Notes: a model not told the origin generated them from the letters alone. A stretch of DNA of 47,392 nucleotides from an uncultured Alphaproteobacteria bacterium (GCA_965603115.1 CBFDBT010000001.1:1-47392); one strand, 5' to 3'. Positions 20,004 through 29,462 are shown, counted from the first letter of the stretch. Numbers and translations are program-made.

Positions 20004-20933
20004 ATGAAAGTGTGGGCACAGATACAAAGCTTTTTATCGGCTAGCGTCCCTTGCGCAATGGTATCCGTGGTTGAAACCAAAGGCTCCACCCCCCGCGAGG
20101 TTGGTGCACGGATTGTTGTCAATGGAAAGGGAGAGTTTTTCGGCTCTATCGGCGGCGGCAATATGGAAAATACATCTCTGAAAAGTGCCAGAAAAATGCT
20201 TTCACAAGGCCAAGAAATTGTGGCTTTTGAAAAATATTTACTTGGCCCAGACCTAGGCCAATGTTGCGGCGGAGCGGTAACAGTAATGACGGAAGTTTTT
20301 TTGCCCTCTCGCATAGGCGAAGCTGAAGCCCTCGCCAGCGCTGAAACCTCTGGTCCAATCCATTCAACAAGCATAATAAACGACGACAAAATTACTCGAA
20401 GCCTTAATCAAAGTTCAAATGCTGTACTCGGCTTAAGCAGTGACGGTAAACTCAGTGAAACTTTTGGTGAAAAAAACCACGTGGTCTATATATTTGGCGC
20501 AGGGCATGTAGGTCGCGCCTTGATGTTATCCCTTGCTCCACTACCACTGGATATCACCTGGGTTGATAGCCGCGTAGATGAGTTTCCTAAAGTTATGCCA
20601 TCCAACTTTAAAGCTATTACGCATGATGAACCGCATACATTGTTAGCCACAGCGCCAAGTGAAGCACTGATTCTTGTTTTAACCCATGATCATGCCTTGG
20701 ACTTTGATATTGTCTATGCTGCGCTGAATAGAGACTGTTTTCCCTATGTGGGGGTCATCGGCTCAAAAACCAAAAAAGCCCGCTTTGCAAGCAAACTTAA
20801 AAAAGCAGGGCTTGATCAGGGCTTGATCAACCATATGATCTGCCCCATTGGCGTCCCAGGCATTACGTCTAAAAAACCCGCTGCCATTGCTGTAGCGATA
20901 ACCGCAGAGCTTTTGTCCACTATCGAGATTTAA
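20004..20933 (+). CDS. xdhC: xanthine dehydrogenase accessory protein XdhC
   Basis: GSTPREVGARIVV...GSIGGG and the Rossmann-like IFGAGHVGRAL. It follows xdhB, and the ATG at 20004 lies 4 nt after the xdhB stop. Confidence 0.85.
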   Translation: MKVWAQIQSFLSASVPCAMVSVVETKGSTPREVGARIVVNGKGEFFGSIGGGNMENTSLKSARKMLSQGQEIVAFEKYLLGPDLGQCCGGAVTVMTEVFLPSRIGEAEALASAETSGPIHSTSIINDDKITRSLNQSSNAVLGLSSDGKLSETFGEKNHVVYIFGAGHVGRALMLSLAPLPLDITWVDSRVDEFPKVMPSNFKAITHDEPHTLLATAPSEALILVLTHDHALDFDIVYAALNRDCFPYVGVIGSKTKKARFASKLKKAGLDQGLINHMICPIGVPGITSKKPAAIAVAITAELLSTIEI

Positions 20934-20950
20934 CCAAGCGTTGGATCACG

Positions 20951-22270
20951 TTATTTCTTGTGCAGGCGCTCGCCTGCCACATAGGTCGCCTTGATGGCTC
21001 TATCGTCGCCTAAAATGGCTAGGGCGAACAACATATCCTCTAAAGTTTCAGAAAGGTCTTGGCGCGCCTGCAACAATGGTGTTGCCCTTTGGTCCATTAC
21101 CACAAAGTCAGCCCAACAGCCGGCACTCAGTGAGCCTATTTCACTCTCTAGCCCCAATGCACGCGCATTACCCAAGGTCGCCATGTAATAGCCTTCATAT
21201 GCTGACATATGGATGCCGTTTGTAAGACAAACTTTATACGCCTCGCCAATGGTGCTCAGCATGGAATAGCTTGTGCCGCCACCAACATCACTTCCCAAGC
21301 TTACGCTAACCGCGCGACCTTCCTTCTTTAAATGAGCAAGGTTTGCTAAGCCAGAGCCCAAAAACATATTGGATGTCGGGCAGTGAACCACTTTCGAATT
21401 AGATTCGCTAAGCCTTTGGCACTCATCTTCGCTTAAATGCACACCATGGCCAAAAAAGCTGTTTTTTCCAAGTAGTCCATATCTATCGTAGACGGCTGTA
21501 TAATTTTTTGCCCAAGGGTATAGCTGTTTGACATAGTCTATTTCAGATAGGCTTTCAGACAAATGCGTCTGCATATAACAATCGGGGTTCTTACGGTATA
21601 GCTCGCCAGTAACATCAAGCTGCGCCTCGCTAGACGTTACAGCAAAGCGCGGTGTAATCGCATAGCGCAACCGGCCTTTGTTGTGCCAGTCAACTATAAG
21701 TCTTTGTGTATCAAGTCCAGCCTGCTCGGCTGTATCAAGAAGATCACTGGGAGCATTGCGGTCCATCATCGTCTTGCCCGATATCAAGGCCATGCCACGT
21801 GTTTCCGCTGCCTGAAACAGAGCTTCACAAGCACCCGCATGCACCGAAGAGTAGGCCATGGCAGACGTCGTTCCATGGCTTATGAGAAAATTTAAAAAAT
21901 GATCTGCTGCCGCTTTAGCATGTGCGGTATCACCGTAAAGCGCTTCTTCTTTAAAGGTAAACCGCTTGAGCCAGTCCATCAGGTCAACACCGGGAGCAGC
22001 GAGCATACGGTACTGGGGGTAATGAATATGTGTGTCTATAAAGCCCGCCATCAACAAACTGTCCCCGTAGTCCTCAACGGGTAGCGCCTTAAATTTTTCG
22101 GGCAAACTCCCTTGTGATCCCAGCCATGCAATGTGACCATCTGCTGACACAACTAAAGCTCCATCACTATAGTTTTCAACAGCACGGTCTGGGCCTACAA
22201 GGCTTGGGTCATCACGAAAATTAACTATGTGACCATGGATAACCTTGCTTGTATCAACAGAATTCGTCAT
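20951..22270 (-). CDS. guaD: guanine deaminase
   Basis: Amidohydrolase fold with GFIDTHIHYPQ and HLSE motifs. Its start overlaps the uraD stop (ATGA). Confidence 0.85.
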   Translation of the reverse strand: MTNSVDTSKVIHGHIVNFRDDPSLVGPDRAVENYSDGALVVSADGHIAWLGSQGSLPEKFKALPVEDYGDSLLMAGFIDTHIHYPQYRMLAAPGVDLMDWLKRFTFKEEALYGDTAHAKAAADHFLNFLISHGTTSAMAYSSVHAGACEALFQAAETRGMALISGKTMMDRNAPSDLLDTAEQAGLDTQRLIVDWHNKGRLRYAITPRFAVTSSEAQLDVTGELYRKNPDCYMQTHLSESLSEIDYVKQLYPWAKNYTAVYDRYGLLGKNSFFGHGVHLSEDECQRLSESNSKVVHCPTSNMFLGSGLANLAHLKKEGRAVSVSLGSDVGGGTSYSMLSTIGEAYKVCLTNGIHMSAYEGYYMATLGNARALGLESEIGSLSAGCWADFVVMDQRATPLLQARQDLSETLEDMLFALAILGDDRAIKATYVAGERLHKK

Positions 22271-22779
22271 GTCACACGCTCTTCAATACGAAAGGAAAAG
22301 ATACGAGAAATATTATCTAGGGCCATTTGATATTCTGTGCCCTCATCATTTGAAATACGACTTTCAAAACTCTCCAGTATCTGGTGTTTAGTTGCACCCT
22401 TAACGGCGAAAATAAACGGGAAATCAAACTTTTCTCTGTAGCGCGTGTTGAGCTTAGTAAAATGCGCATATTCGCTTTGCGTTAAACTATCCAGCCCCGC
22501 TCCTGCTTGCTCTCTTTGGCTATCGTCCGTTAGCTCTCTTGCTATTGCGGCTTTACCGCCCAGGTCTGGGTGCGCCCGAATAAGGGCCAGTTGCTGCTCG
22601 CGCGGGGCCTTCATCAGAACATCCCTAAAAACTTTGGACATATAGTCCTTAGACGAATAAGGGCGCTTAATGGAGGCCTTCTCGGCAACCCAAGGGGAAT
22701 GCTCGGCAATGTCGCCAAAGGCAGCTAAAAACTCAGCAAGCTTCATCTGGTTTATGCTCTGCAATGCATAGGTCACCAC
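22267..22779 (-). CDS. uraD: OHCU decarboxylase (2-oxo-4-hydroxy-4-carboxy-5-ureidoimidazoline decarboxylase)
   Basis: FGDIAEHSPWVAE...LIRAHPDLGGK...REKFDFPFIFAVKG matches the family blocks. Confidence 0.85.
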   Translation of the reverse strand: MVTYALQSINQMKLAEFLAAFGDIAEHSPWVAEKASIKRPYSSKDYMSKVFRDVLMKAPREQQLALIRAHPDLGGKAAIARELTDDSQREQAGAGLDSLTQSEYAHFTKLNTRYREKFDFPFIFAVKGATKHQILESFESRISNDEGTEYQMALDNISRIFSFRIEERVT

Positions 22780-22782
22780 TTA

Positions 22783-23970
22783 TTATTCCTCTTGAGCCTT
22801 GAGCCAATCACCAAGTAGTTTACGTTCACTTTGCGTCATTGCCGTCTCGTTACCAATTGGCATAAGGTCAGATTCCACCGTAAACTGGATAATAAGGTCC
22901 TTATACCGCCGCACGTCTGCCTTTGTTTCGAATATAACGCTTTTCGGGGCAACATCAAAAGCCTCATGAACAGGTTCAAGCGCATGACAAGAAATACAGT
23001 GTTTGCCAACAATCGTTAGAACCTCTACGTCTGACGCAAGTTTAACATGGTTTTTTTGTTCAGCTTGAGGCTTGGTCATAATCATGGCGGTCACAAGAGC
23101 TGCAAAAACAATAGGCAGTGTCCATGCATAGCCTTTTAGCGGGTCACCAACTTCATGGCGGATGAGCGCGTGACGCAAGCAAGCACCGCCAATGATGACA
23201 AGACCAACAAGCAACCAAGCATGGCTATGGTCAGCAATGAAAGGGTAATGCCCGGCGACCATCATCACCAACACGGGCAGAGTAAGATACGTATTATGCA
23301 CCGAGCGCTGTTTTCCCATAATGCCGTAGCGACCATCGGGCTTTTCACCGGCCATTAAGGCTGCGGTGATTTTCTTTTGATTTGGGATGATAATGCGAAA
23401 AACATTAAAGGCCATCAACGTGCCAATGAAGGCCCCAACATGAATAAGGGCAGCACGCGCTGAAAAGACATGGGTATAAAAATAAGCCGCACCAAGAATA
23501 AGCATAAAGACCAAGGCCATCAACAGTGGTGTGTTTTTACCAAGCCTAGAGCGACAAAGGCCATCATAGATAAACCAGCCAAGGGCAAGGCTGACAATAG
23601 ATGTGCCTATAGCTTCACTGGAGGTAAGCTCCATAACCTTGGCATCAATCATCCATGTACCAGCGTTCATATAGAATTGCACAACCATTAAGATAATGCC
23701 CGTAACCCAGGTAAGGTAGGCTTCCCACTTATACCAGATAAGGTCATCTGGCAGTTCAGCCGGAGCTACAGAGAATTTTTCAACATTATAAAAGCCGCCG
23801 CCATGAACCTCCCAAGCTGTGCCCATCACGCCATCGCGCATTTTCTCACGTTTTTTAAGGGAATAGTCGAGGGCGATAAAATAAAAAGATGTACCAATCC
23901 AGCCTATGCCGGCTATTAAATGGGCCCACCGCACCAAAAGATTAAGCCAGTCCATTATGAATGGTGACAT
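22783..23970 (-). CDS. puuD: membrane urate hydroxylase PuuD (DUF989 + C-terminal cytochrome c)
   Basis: LVRWAHLIAGIGWIGTSFYFIALD N-terminal signature, multiple TM helices, and a C-terminal CISCH heme-c motif. Confidence 0.8.
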   Translation of the reverse strand: MSPFIMDWLNLLVRWAHLIAGIGWIGTSFYFIALDYSLKKREKMRDGVMGTAWEVHGGGFYNVEKFSVAPAELPDDLIWYKWEAYLTWVTGIILMVVQFYMNAGTWMIDAKVMELTSSEAIGTSIVSLALGWFIYDGLCRSRLGKNTPLLMALVFMLILGAAYFYTHVFSARAALIHVGAFIGTLMAFNVFRIIIPNQKKITAALMAGEKPDGRYGIMGKQRSVHNTYLTLPVLVMMVAGHYPFIADHSHAWLLVGLVIIGGACLRHALIRHEVGDPLKGYAWTLPIVFAALVTAMIMTKPQAEQKNHVKLASDVEVLTIVGKHCISCHALEPVHEAFDVAPKSVIFETKADVRRYKDLIIQFTVESDLMPIGNETAMTQSERKLLGDWLKAQEE

Positions 23971-24068
23971 AAAGAAATCTCCAACTCTAGATTGTTTGAT
24001 TATAACCTAATCATAAAGTTGGTAAGACTCAAAGAAATTACTAAATAATTTGTTGGTCCGGAACGAAC

Positions 24069-24434
24069 CTAGCCCGTGCTCCAGGCCCGCGGTTGGCGCA
24101 TGCCTGATATTTTACATGCCTGTTTGGTATACCCATAAGGAAATAGTTCAAAAAACCGCTCACGGCCCTTTTTTGAACTTTCGCCGTGGAGAGCACCCAT
24201 ATGCCTAAAAACAAAACGCGCATCTGCGGCAACATTATGCTCTTCTAGGTAGCCGCGCATAAAGGCGATCACGGCCCAATGTTCGTCGCCAAGCGTTATC
24301 CCTTCTTCTTCGGCAATTTTCTCTGCGACAGTGTTAGACCAGTCATCAGGCTCCATCAAATAGCCCAACTCATCCCGGCTAATGGTTCGACCGTCTATCT
24401 CTTCCTCTGAAATTTTTTCTGGCAGCGTTCGCAT
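24069..24434 (-). CDS. DsrC/TusE-family protein lacking the penultimate catalytic Cys
   Basis: DELGYLMEPDDWSNTVAEKIAEEEGITLGDEHWAVIAFMRGYLEEH...LFPYGYTKQACKISGMRQPRAWSTG has the family layout. The C-terminal arm ends ...PRAWSTG rather than ...P.GC(V/I). Confidence 0.75.
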   Translation of the reverse strand: MRTLPEKISEEEIDGRTISRDELGYLMEPDDWSNTVAEKIAEEEGITLGDEHWAVIAFMRGYLEEHNVAADARFVFRHMGALHGESSKKGRERFFELFPYGYTKQACKISGMRQPRAWSTG

Positions 24435-24639
24435 CCGTCCATCACCCTCTTTAGGTTTTTGCCCTATCTTTCTTTTCTATACCTAATGTATGACATATTT
24501 TCCGCGGCAATAGGTGTGACAAATCGGCGCAAAGACACCAAGGCTCACGGGGCATCTGCCTTTTACAGGTTAAATATATACTATTTATGGAATAACTGAT
24601 AGCTACGCATAGAGTAACGATATATTTGAAGGAACTATT

Positions 24640-25278
24640 ATGGATGCAAATTTTTGGTTTCAAAAGTGGGAAAACAATGAAATTAATTTCCACGAAAAAG
24701 ATACAAACACACTATTAGTCAAATATTTTGAAAAACTCGCCTTAGCAAAAGACGACCGTATATTCGTACCCCTATGCGGTAAAACCCTTGATATATCTTG
24801 GTTGCTTTTAAACGGGTATCAAGTGGTTGGGGCTGAATTGAGCGAAGTTGCTATCAAGCAACTATTTTCAGGTCTTGGCATAGAGCCAAAAATATCAAAA
24901 ACTGGTGGATTAAAATGTTATAGCGCTGAAAATATCGACATATTTGTCGGAGACATTTTTAAAGTGTCGCGCGAAATGCTTGGCCAAGTTGATGGGGTTT
25001 ATGACAGAGCGGCTTTGGTGGCCCTGCCTGCCGAAATGCGCAAAAAGTATGCTTGTCATATCATAGATATTACAGATAATGCGCCACAATTACTCATTTG
25101 CTTTGAATATGATCAAAGCGTGATGAGCGGCCCGCCCTTTTCAGTCAGCAATGAAGAAATACACCAACATTATAATAGTCGGTACAACTTAAGTCTTCTC
25201 GAAGAGCGAGATGTCCCTGGCGGTCTGAAAGGGAAATGCACAGCCCTAGAAAAACTTTGGCTTTTACAAAACAAATAA
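24640..25278 (+). CDS. tpm: thiopurine S-methyltransferase (Se/Te methylation type)
   Basis: FWFQKWENNEINFHE...FVPLCGKTLDISWLLLNGYQVVGAELSEVAI... is the classic TPMT signature. Confidence 0.85.
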   Translation: MDANFWFQKWENNEINFHEKDTNTLLVKYFEKLALAKDDRIFVPLCGKTLDISWLLLNGYQVVGAELSEVAIKQLFSGLGIEPKISKTGGLKCYSAENIDIFVGDIFKVSREMLGQVDGVYDRAALVALPAEMRKKYACHIIDITDNAPQLLICFEYDQSVMSGPPFSVSNEEIHQHYNSRYNLSLLEERDVPGGLKGKCTALEKLWLLQNK

Positions 25279-25483
25279 AATACCAAGAGGTGAGAAACAA
25301 TCTAAACTTTACGCGAAGTATACTCCAACATTTAATCATTTCTGATAAATAGCTAGCTAATATATTGATGTCTAATAAAGCTATTACGAAAATCTATATT
25401 GTACGAATGCACTAATATATAGTTGCATATCTGTTTTTATTCTTGATAATAACACTCTGGTTTATTGTGGAGTTAAAAACAGC

Positions 25484-26005
25484 ATGTCCTCATTCGGAGA
25501 AGATGGTAGAAGCATTGATGCTGTAAGCAATGTCTCGGACTATACGAGACAAATAGTAGATTATGATGAACTGGAAAGCATTGCACATTTCAAACACCTC
25601 GTGAAATGGTGGCGGCAAGTTAATGAAGAGACACACCGCCTTCCTTCACGCAAAGACTTTAACCCAGCTGCCTTTCAGGCAATCCTCCCAAATATATCTC
25701 TTTTTGAACCCATCTTTGAAAATGAAGACCTTATAAACTGTAAAGTTCTTTTAATGGGTACTGAACTAACCAAGGTCTATGGTGAGGGTACGGGGGAACT
25801 GCTTACTGATGTCAATAATGATTATGTTGTACAGACAGTTTTAAACTCCATGAGGGAATGTATACGTATTCGTAAGCCCATAGGAATAACATCTGAGGCC
25901 GCCTCTGAAGAACTTCCTTTTATGCGGAGCTTTGCCTTATATTGTCCTTTGTCCACAGACAACAGCCATATTGACAAGATTCTCCTGCATATTGTTTTTG
26001 AATAA
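25484..26005 (+). CDS. PAS_5 (PF07310-like) domain protein
   Basis: WWRQVNEETHRLPSRKDFNPAAFQAILPNISLFE... resembles the alphaproteobacterial stand-alone PAS_5 family. This is recognised from memory only. Confidence 0.5.
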   Translation: MSSFGEDGRSIDAVSNVSDYTRQIVDYDELESIAHFKHLVKWWRQVNEETHRLPSRKDFNPAAFQAILPNISLFEPIFENEDLINCKVLLMGTELTKVYGEGTGELLTDVNNDYVVQTVLNSMRECIRIRKPIGITSEAASEELPFMRSFALYCPLSTDNSHIDKILLHIVFE

Positions 26006-26067
26006 CCCCTATAGTGATGCACTGTACAGACTTATTATCTCATAAAACCAATCTCTCCACAGGAAAT

Positions 26068-26126
26068 ATCTGAACCAGCTCGCTGGCGAGGCAAGCGTGA
26101 CTACGCGCTCGCAGCATAAGCGAGGA
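26068..26126 (+). repeat. intergenic GC-rich repeat, copy A
   Basis: ATCTGAACCAGCTCGCTGGCGAGGCAAGCG (26068-26097) matches 25/30 nt to 41021-41050 and 24/30 nt to the reverse complement of 32049-32078. The tail CGCAGCATAAGCGAGGA resembles CGCAGCGAAGCGAGGA in copy B. Confidence 0.7.
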
Positions 26127-26142
26127 TACTGAAACATAGAGA

Positions 26143-26166
26143 ACAAAAAACCCGCCAAAAGGCGGG
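26143..26166 (-). terminator. rho-independent terminator of tRNA-Arg
   Basis: On the minus strand: CCCGCC-TTTT-GGCGGG followed by TTTTTTG, about 12 nt after the tRNA 3' end. Confidence 0.7.
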
Positions 26167-26177
26167 TTATTGTTGAA

Positions 26178-26254
26178 TGGTGCACCGGGGAGGATTCGAA
26201 CCCCCGGCCCCTTGATTCGTAGTCAAGTACTCTATCCAGCTGAGCTACCGGTGC
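26178..26254 (-). tRNA. tRNA-Arg (anticodon ACG)
   Basis: The reverse complement GCACCGGTAGCTCAGCTGGATAGAGTACTTGACTACGAATCAAGGGGCCGGGGGTTCGAATCCTCCCCGGTGCACCA folds as a cloverleaf. It has a 7-bp acceptor stem, anticodon loop CT-ACG-AA, TTCGAAT T-loop and an encoded CCA. Confidence 0.95.
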
Positions 26255-26414
26255 ACTATCATTCAAAGTTTTGCACACCCTACTTGAGTGTGCGGAGCGG
26301 AAACTAGTCACAATATTAATAAAGTGCAAGCATCAAATCGCCTTTTTATTGGAATATTTATAATTTATACCTACCTTTGACAATCAGATGGCTGTAGTCT
26401 CAGGTGATATTAGG

Positions 26415-26921
26415 ATGAATTTTATGCGTAAAACACTGAAAGTAATCATATTTTCAATAGCCCTTACTGGCTGTAGTGGCTATGGAGGACTGTGGCCAAA
26501 GCTGAATGACCCCTTGCCTGATGCTAGCGAGAGAAGCCGGATATATGATAGCACACCCATGTTTGACGCCCCTAGCGCGACAATAGAATCCGAAAGCGTC
26601 GCCCTTGCCGATCATAAAAGCCGACAAAATGTCATCATCACAGATATTGAAAAAGCATGGCTGGATTTTGATAATAAAATTAAAACCATTAATAGCGAAG
26701 CTGACCGCGATGATAAACATATTGCCTGGTCAGGCAGTCAACTGGCCCTATCGCGGGTTTCAGACGAAATTAATAAACTGCGGGCTTTGGCAAGCTTGCC
26801 TGTCAGCGAAAAGTCTGTTGAGGCGGATAATCATATAACGGCTTTAGGGGCCAAGCTGAATAGCTATGACCTGCGCCTTGATGCCGCTAAAGAAAACATC
26901 GCAAGCATAAGGCCGGAGTGA
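26415..26921 (+). CDS. hypothetical lipoprotein
   Basis: Lipobox IALTGCSG after a short basic N-terminus (MNFMRKTLKVIIFS). The ATG at 26415 follows AGGTGA. The track start at 26388 and the ATG at 26424 are alternatives. Confidence 0.55.
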   Translation: MNFMRKTLKVIIFSIALTGCSGYGGLWPKLNDPLPDASERSRIYDSTPMFDAPSATIESESVALADHKSRQNVIITDIEKAWLDFDNKIKTINSEADRDDKHIAWSGSQLALSRVSDEINKLRALASLPVSEKSVEADNHITALGAKLNSYDLRLDAAKENIASIRPE

Positions 26922-26940
26922 ATATAGAAATTGTCTTCAA

Positions 26941-28332
26941 TTATTTTTTAGGCAAACAGACCATAAAGACGCTGCCTTGCTCGTCTGACTTTTCCAACAT
27001 AATCACTCCGTTGTGAGCATCCTCCAGCTCTTTACAATTAGCCAAACCAAGCCCCGTGCCGCCACTGCGCGCACCACCGAGAAAAGGCTTGAATAAATTT
27101 GCCAAAGCCTGCTCTGGCAAACCGGGGCCACTGTCTATAAAGCGAATATGCCGCAATCCTTTACGGTCTTTATGCGCCTCAACCCTTAGACTGCCAGTCT
27201 CACCCTGCGCCTGCATGGCATTGCGGGCAAGATTGAGAAAAACCCGAAATATTTGTGACGGGTCTGCAAAAATTGTAAGGGCGGGGTTAACAGCATTATC
27301 AAAGGTAAAGCTGCCACTGTTAATGCCAAGCGACTCAGCCACATCCTCAATCATTTCATAAAGCTTAATGGTCTTTTTGCTCAAAATAACATCGTCTTCG
27401 TGGCTATAGTTGAGGGTGCTGTCACAAAGCTCAACCGCCCTGTTCATTGCACTAACAAGTCGCTTGGTAGACTTTTCAACCGATGGGTCGACCGCAGCAT
27501 TTTCAATAACCTCACAGGCCAGCTGCGCCGTGGTTAAAATGTTGCGCATATCATGATTTACTTTTGACATGGCCTCACCCAAATGTGCCAACCTGTTGCG
27601 GTGCAAGAGGGACAGGCGCAAATCAGTCTGCATGCGTGCAAGCTCGCGCCCCATAATACCAATTTCATCGCGCCTTCTACCCGCCTTGTGGTGGGCATTC
27701 ATGTCCTCTGGGCTACGCCTGAAAGCGATGATGCTATCTTTGATGCGCTGCATGGGCCGCACTATCAGCCACGACAGGCTAAAATATACCAAAGCACCTG
27801 TCATCAATGACACGAAAAGAGAAAGCAGTAACATATTGCTGGAATAGCTATTTAGCGCTTCATAAAGCGCCTTTTCATCCAAGGTGATTTCAACCCACTT
27901 GTTAGCGTCTACAACTGGCATGCCGACCACGCGAATCACCCGGTTTCCATCATACCTTAAAGTCTCAAAAGCATCGCGAATAAGCGTAGCGAGCGAAGGG
28001 TCGCGCATATCATATTCACCATCAGCCGTTTCAGGCATAAGGTCCAGCCCCAAAACCAGCGAGCGATCCGATCGGCGCATAACAACAGCAATAACACCTG
28101 CTGTCTCCAGTAAATTCTGCTCCAGCTCTGCCGATATCCTGTTTCCCGGAGCCGCCTCTAACGCAAAGGCCGCTAATTCCGCCGCTCCCAGCTTTTCACC
28201 AAGGTAATTTTGACGAAAAGACGCTAAGCTTGGAACATAGACCAGCGCCTGCACAACAAGCACAAAAAGCGCCGTCAGCAAAAGCAATTGGGTAGACAGT
28301 CCTCCCCGTATAGAATGGTGTCGGTCAGGCAT
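26941..28332 (-). CDS. sensor histidine kinase (two TM helices, HAMP-like linker, HisKA, HATPase); no adjacent response regulator
   Basis: H-box MSKVNHDMRNIL. N/G boxes (LNLARNAMQA, DSGPGLP, GGTGLGLA). Two hydrophobic segments flank a ~130-aa extracytoplasmic region. Confidence 0.8.
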   Translation of the reverse strand: MPDRHHSIRGGLSTQLLLLTALFVLVVQALVYVPSLASFRQNYLGEKLGAAELAAFALEAAPGNRISAELEQNLLETAGVIAVVMRRSDRSLVLGLDLMPETADGEYDMRDPSLATLIRDAFETLRYDGNRVIRVVGMPVVDANKWVEITLDEKALYEALNSYSSNMLLLSLFVSLMTGALVYFSLSWLIVRPMQRIKDSIIAFRRSPEDMNAHHKAGRRRDEIGIMGRELARMQTDLRLSLLHRNRLAHLGEAMSKVNHDMRNILTTAQLACEVIENAAVDPSVEKSTKRLVSAMNRAVELCDSTLNYSHEDDVILSKKTIKLYEMIEDVAESLGINSGSFTFDNAVNPALTIFADPSQIFRVFLNLARNAMQAQGETGSLRVEAHKDRKGLRHIRFIDSGPGLPEQALANLFKPFLGGARSGGTGLGLANCKELEDAHNGVIMLEKSDEQGSVFMVCLPKK

Positions 28333-28353
28333 ATAATCTGCTATAAATTTATT

Positions 28354-29103
28354 CTAAATACTCGAGTCATGCATCTTCTGCTCTTTACTAGAGCGTAGCA
28401 AGCTTAAGATGAGCGGAAGTACGGCCAATATTACTAATCCATTTAATGGCAAGAGTATTGCGCTGTCAGATAACAGCTTTTCCATCGTTAACAAATGTCC
28501 ACGCTCTAATAGGCTTGCAGACCCTGCGCCAATGCTCGCATAAACATAACAGGCAGGTGCGATTCCAAAAAATGTTGTGAGCACGTTAACTCTGCGGCTC
28601 ACTCCAAGCAGAGAAGGAACAAGATTTACCACCCAAAATGGAAAAATTGGCGCGACTCGCAAAATTACCATGTAGAAAAACCCATGATCATTAAAGCCGT
28701 TTTTAATTTCATTGGCAAAAGGCTGTAAGCGCACATCGACATCTTTTCCGAGTGCGCGGTTCAAAATTTCATAAATAAGAAGAGCGCCAAATGTTCCGGC
28801 AACCGTTGCGAGCGTTCCGCCAAATAATGGCCCAAACAAAAACCCGCCAAATATTGTAATAATGAAAGCGCCAGGAGCTGAAATGCACACAAAAGCCATA
28901 TAGAACAAGGCATACAGCAGGGGTGCCAAAACCCAATGCTCTGCAATGAATAGGTTTATTTCATCGCCCTTTGCCTGCATATCTTTTAAATCGAAGAGCT
29001 GATATCCATCTAAAGCTACAAATAAAACAAGAGAAAGCAGAACCAGTATCAGTGGCACATACCTTTTTGTCGCTAAATTATAGACCCCTACAATTAAATT
29101 CAT
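28354..29103 (-). CDS. TVP38/TMEM64 (DedA-related, VTT domain) membrane protein
   Basis: Polytopic, with ISAPGAFIITIFGGFLFGPLFGGTLATVAGTFGALLIYEILNRALG, typical of the VTT domain. Confidence 0.7.
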   Translation of the reverse strand: MNLIVGVYNLATKRYVPLILVLLSLVLFVALDGYQLFDLKDMQAKGDEINLFIAEHWVLAPLLYALFYMAFVCISAPGAFIITIFGGFLFGPLFGGTLATVAGTFGALLIYEILNRALGKDVDVRLQPFANEIKNGFNDHGFFYMVILRVAPIFPFWVVNLVPSLLGVSRRVNVLTTFFGIAPACYVYASIGAGSASLLERGHLLTMEKLLSDSAILLPLNGLVILAVLPLILSLLRSSKEQKMHDSSI

Positions 29104-29284
29104 CGCTACCCCGTATTTTTATTCTCGACCCTATTATTGAACCGATTCTTAAGCGAAGAGTCAAATAATAGTACATTTTCATGCAGTGAGTTATTGACTT
29201 ACGTCTCGTGAGCCGTTAAACCCACCGCAAATTGACATGCCTGACCACAGGGGTTAGGCGCCACTCACTATTGGAGTTCGCCAA

Positions 29285-29419
29285 GTGAAACGTACATTTC
29301 AGCCCAGCGTTCTGGTGCGCAAGCGCCGGCATGGTTTTAGAGCCCGCAAAGCAACAGCTGCTGGTCGCAAGATTCTTGCAGCCCGTCGTGCTCGCGGTCG
29401 CAAAAACCTATCCGCTTAA
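29285..29419 (+). CDS. rpmH: 50S ribosomal protein L34
   Basis: Hand translation from the GTG at 29285 (GGAG 8 nt upstream): [44 protein letters not shown]. It is too short for the ORF track. Confidence 0.95.
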   Translation: MKRTFQPSVLVRKRRHGFRARKATAAGRKILAARRARGRKNLSA

Positions 29420-29462
29420 AGATACGTCAGGGGAAACCCTTGCTGTCTGTTAACGATATTTA

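Noticed and set aside
26009-26329. 106-aa minus-strand ORF from the ORF track
   Set aside because: It runs straight through tRNA-Arg (26178-26254), its terminator and repeat copy A. The translation has no protein-like features.
26143-26414. tRNA-Arg as an anchor of an integrated genomic island
   Set aside because: There is no integrase, excisionase or phage/ICE gene on either side. I did not spot a direct repeat of the tRNA 3' half in the window. The flanking genes are ordinary housekeeping or sensory genes.
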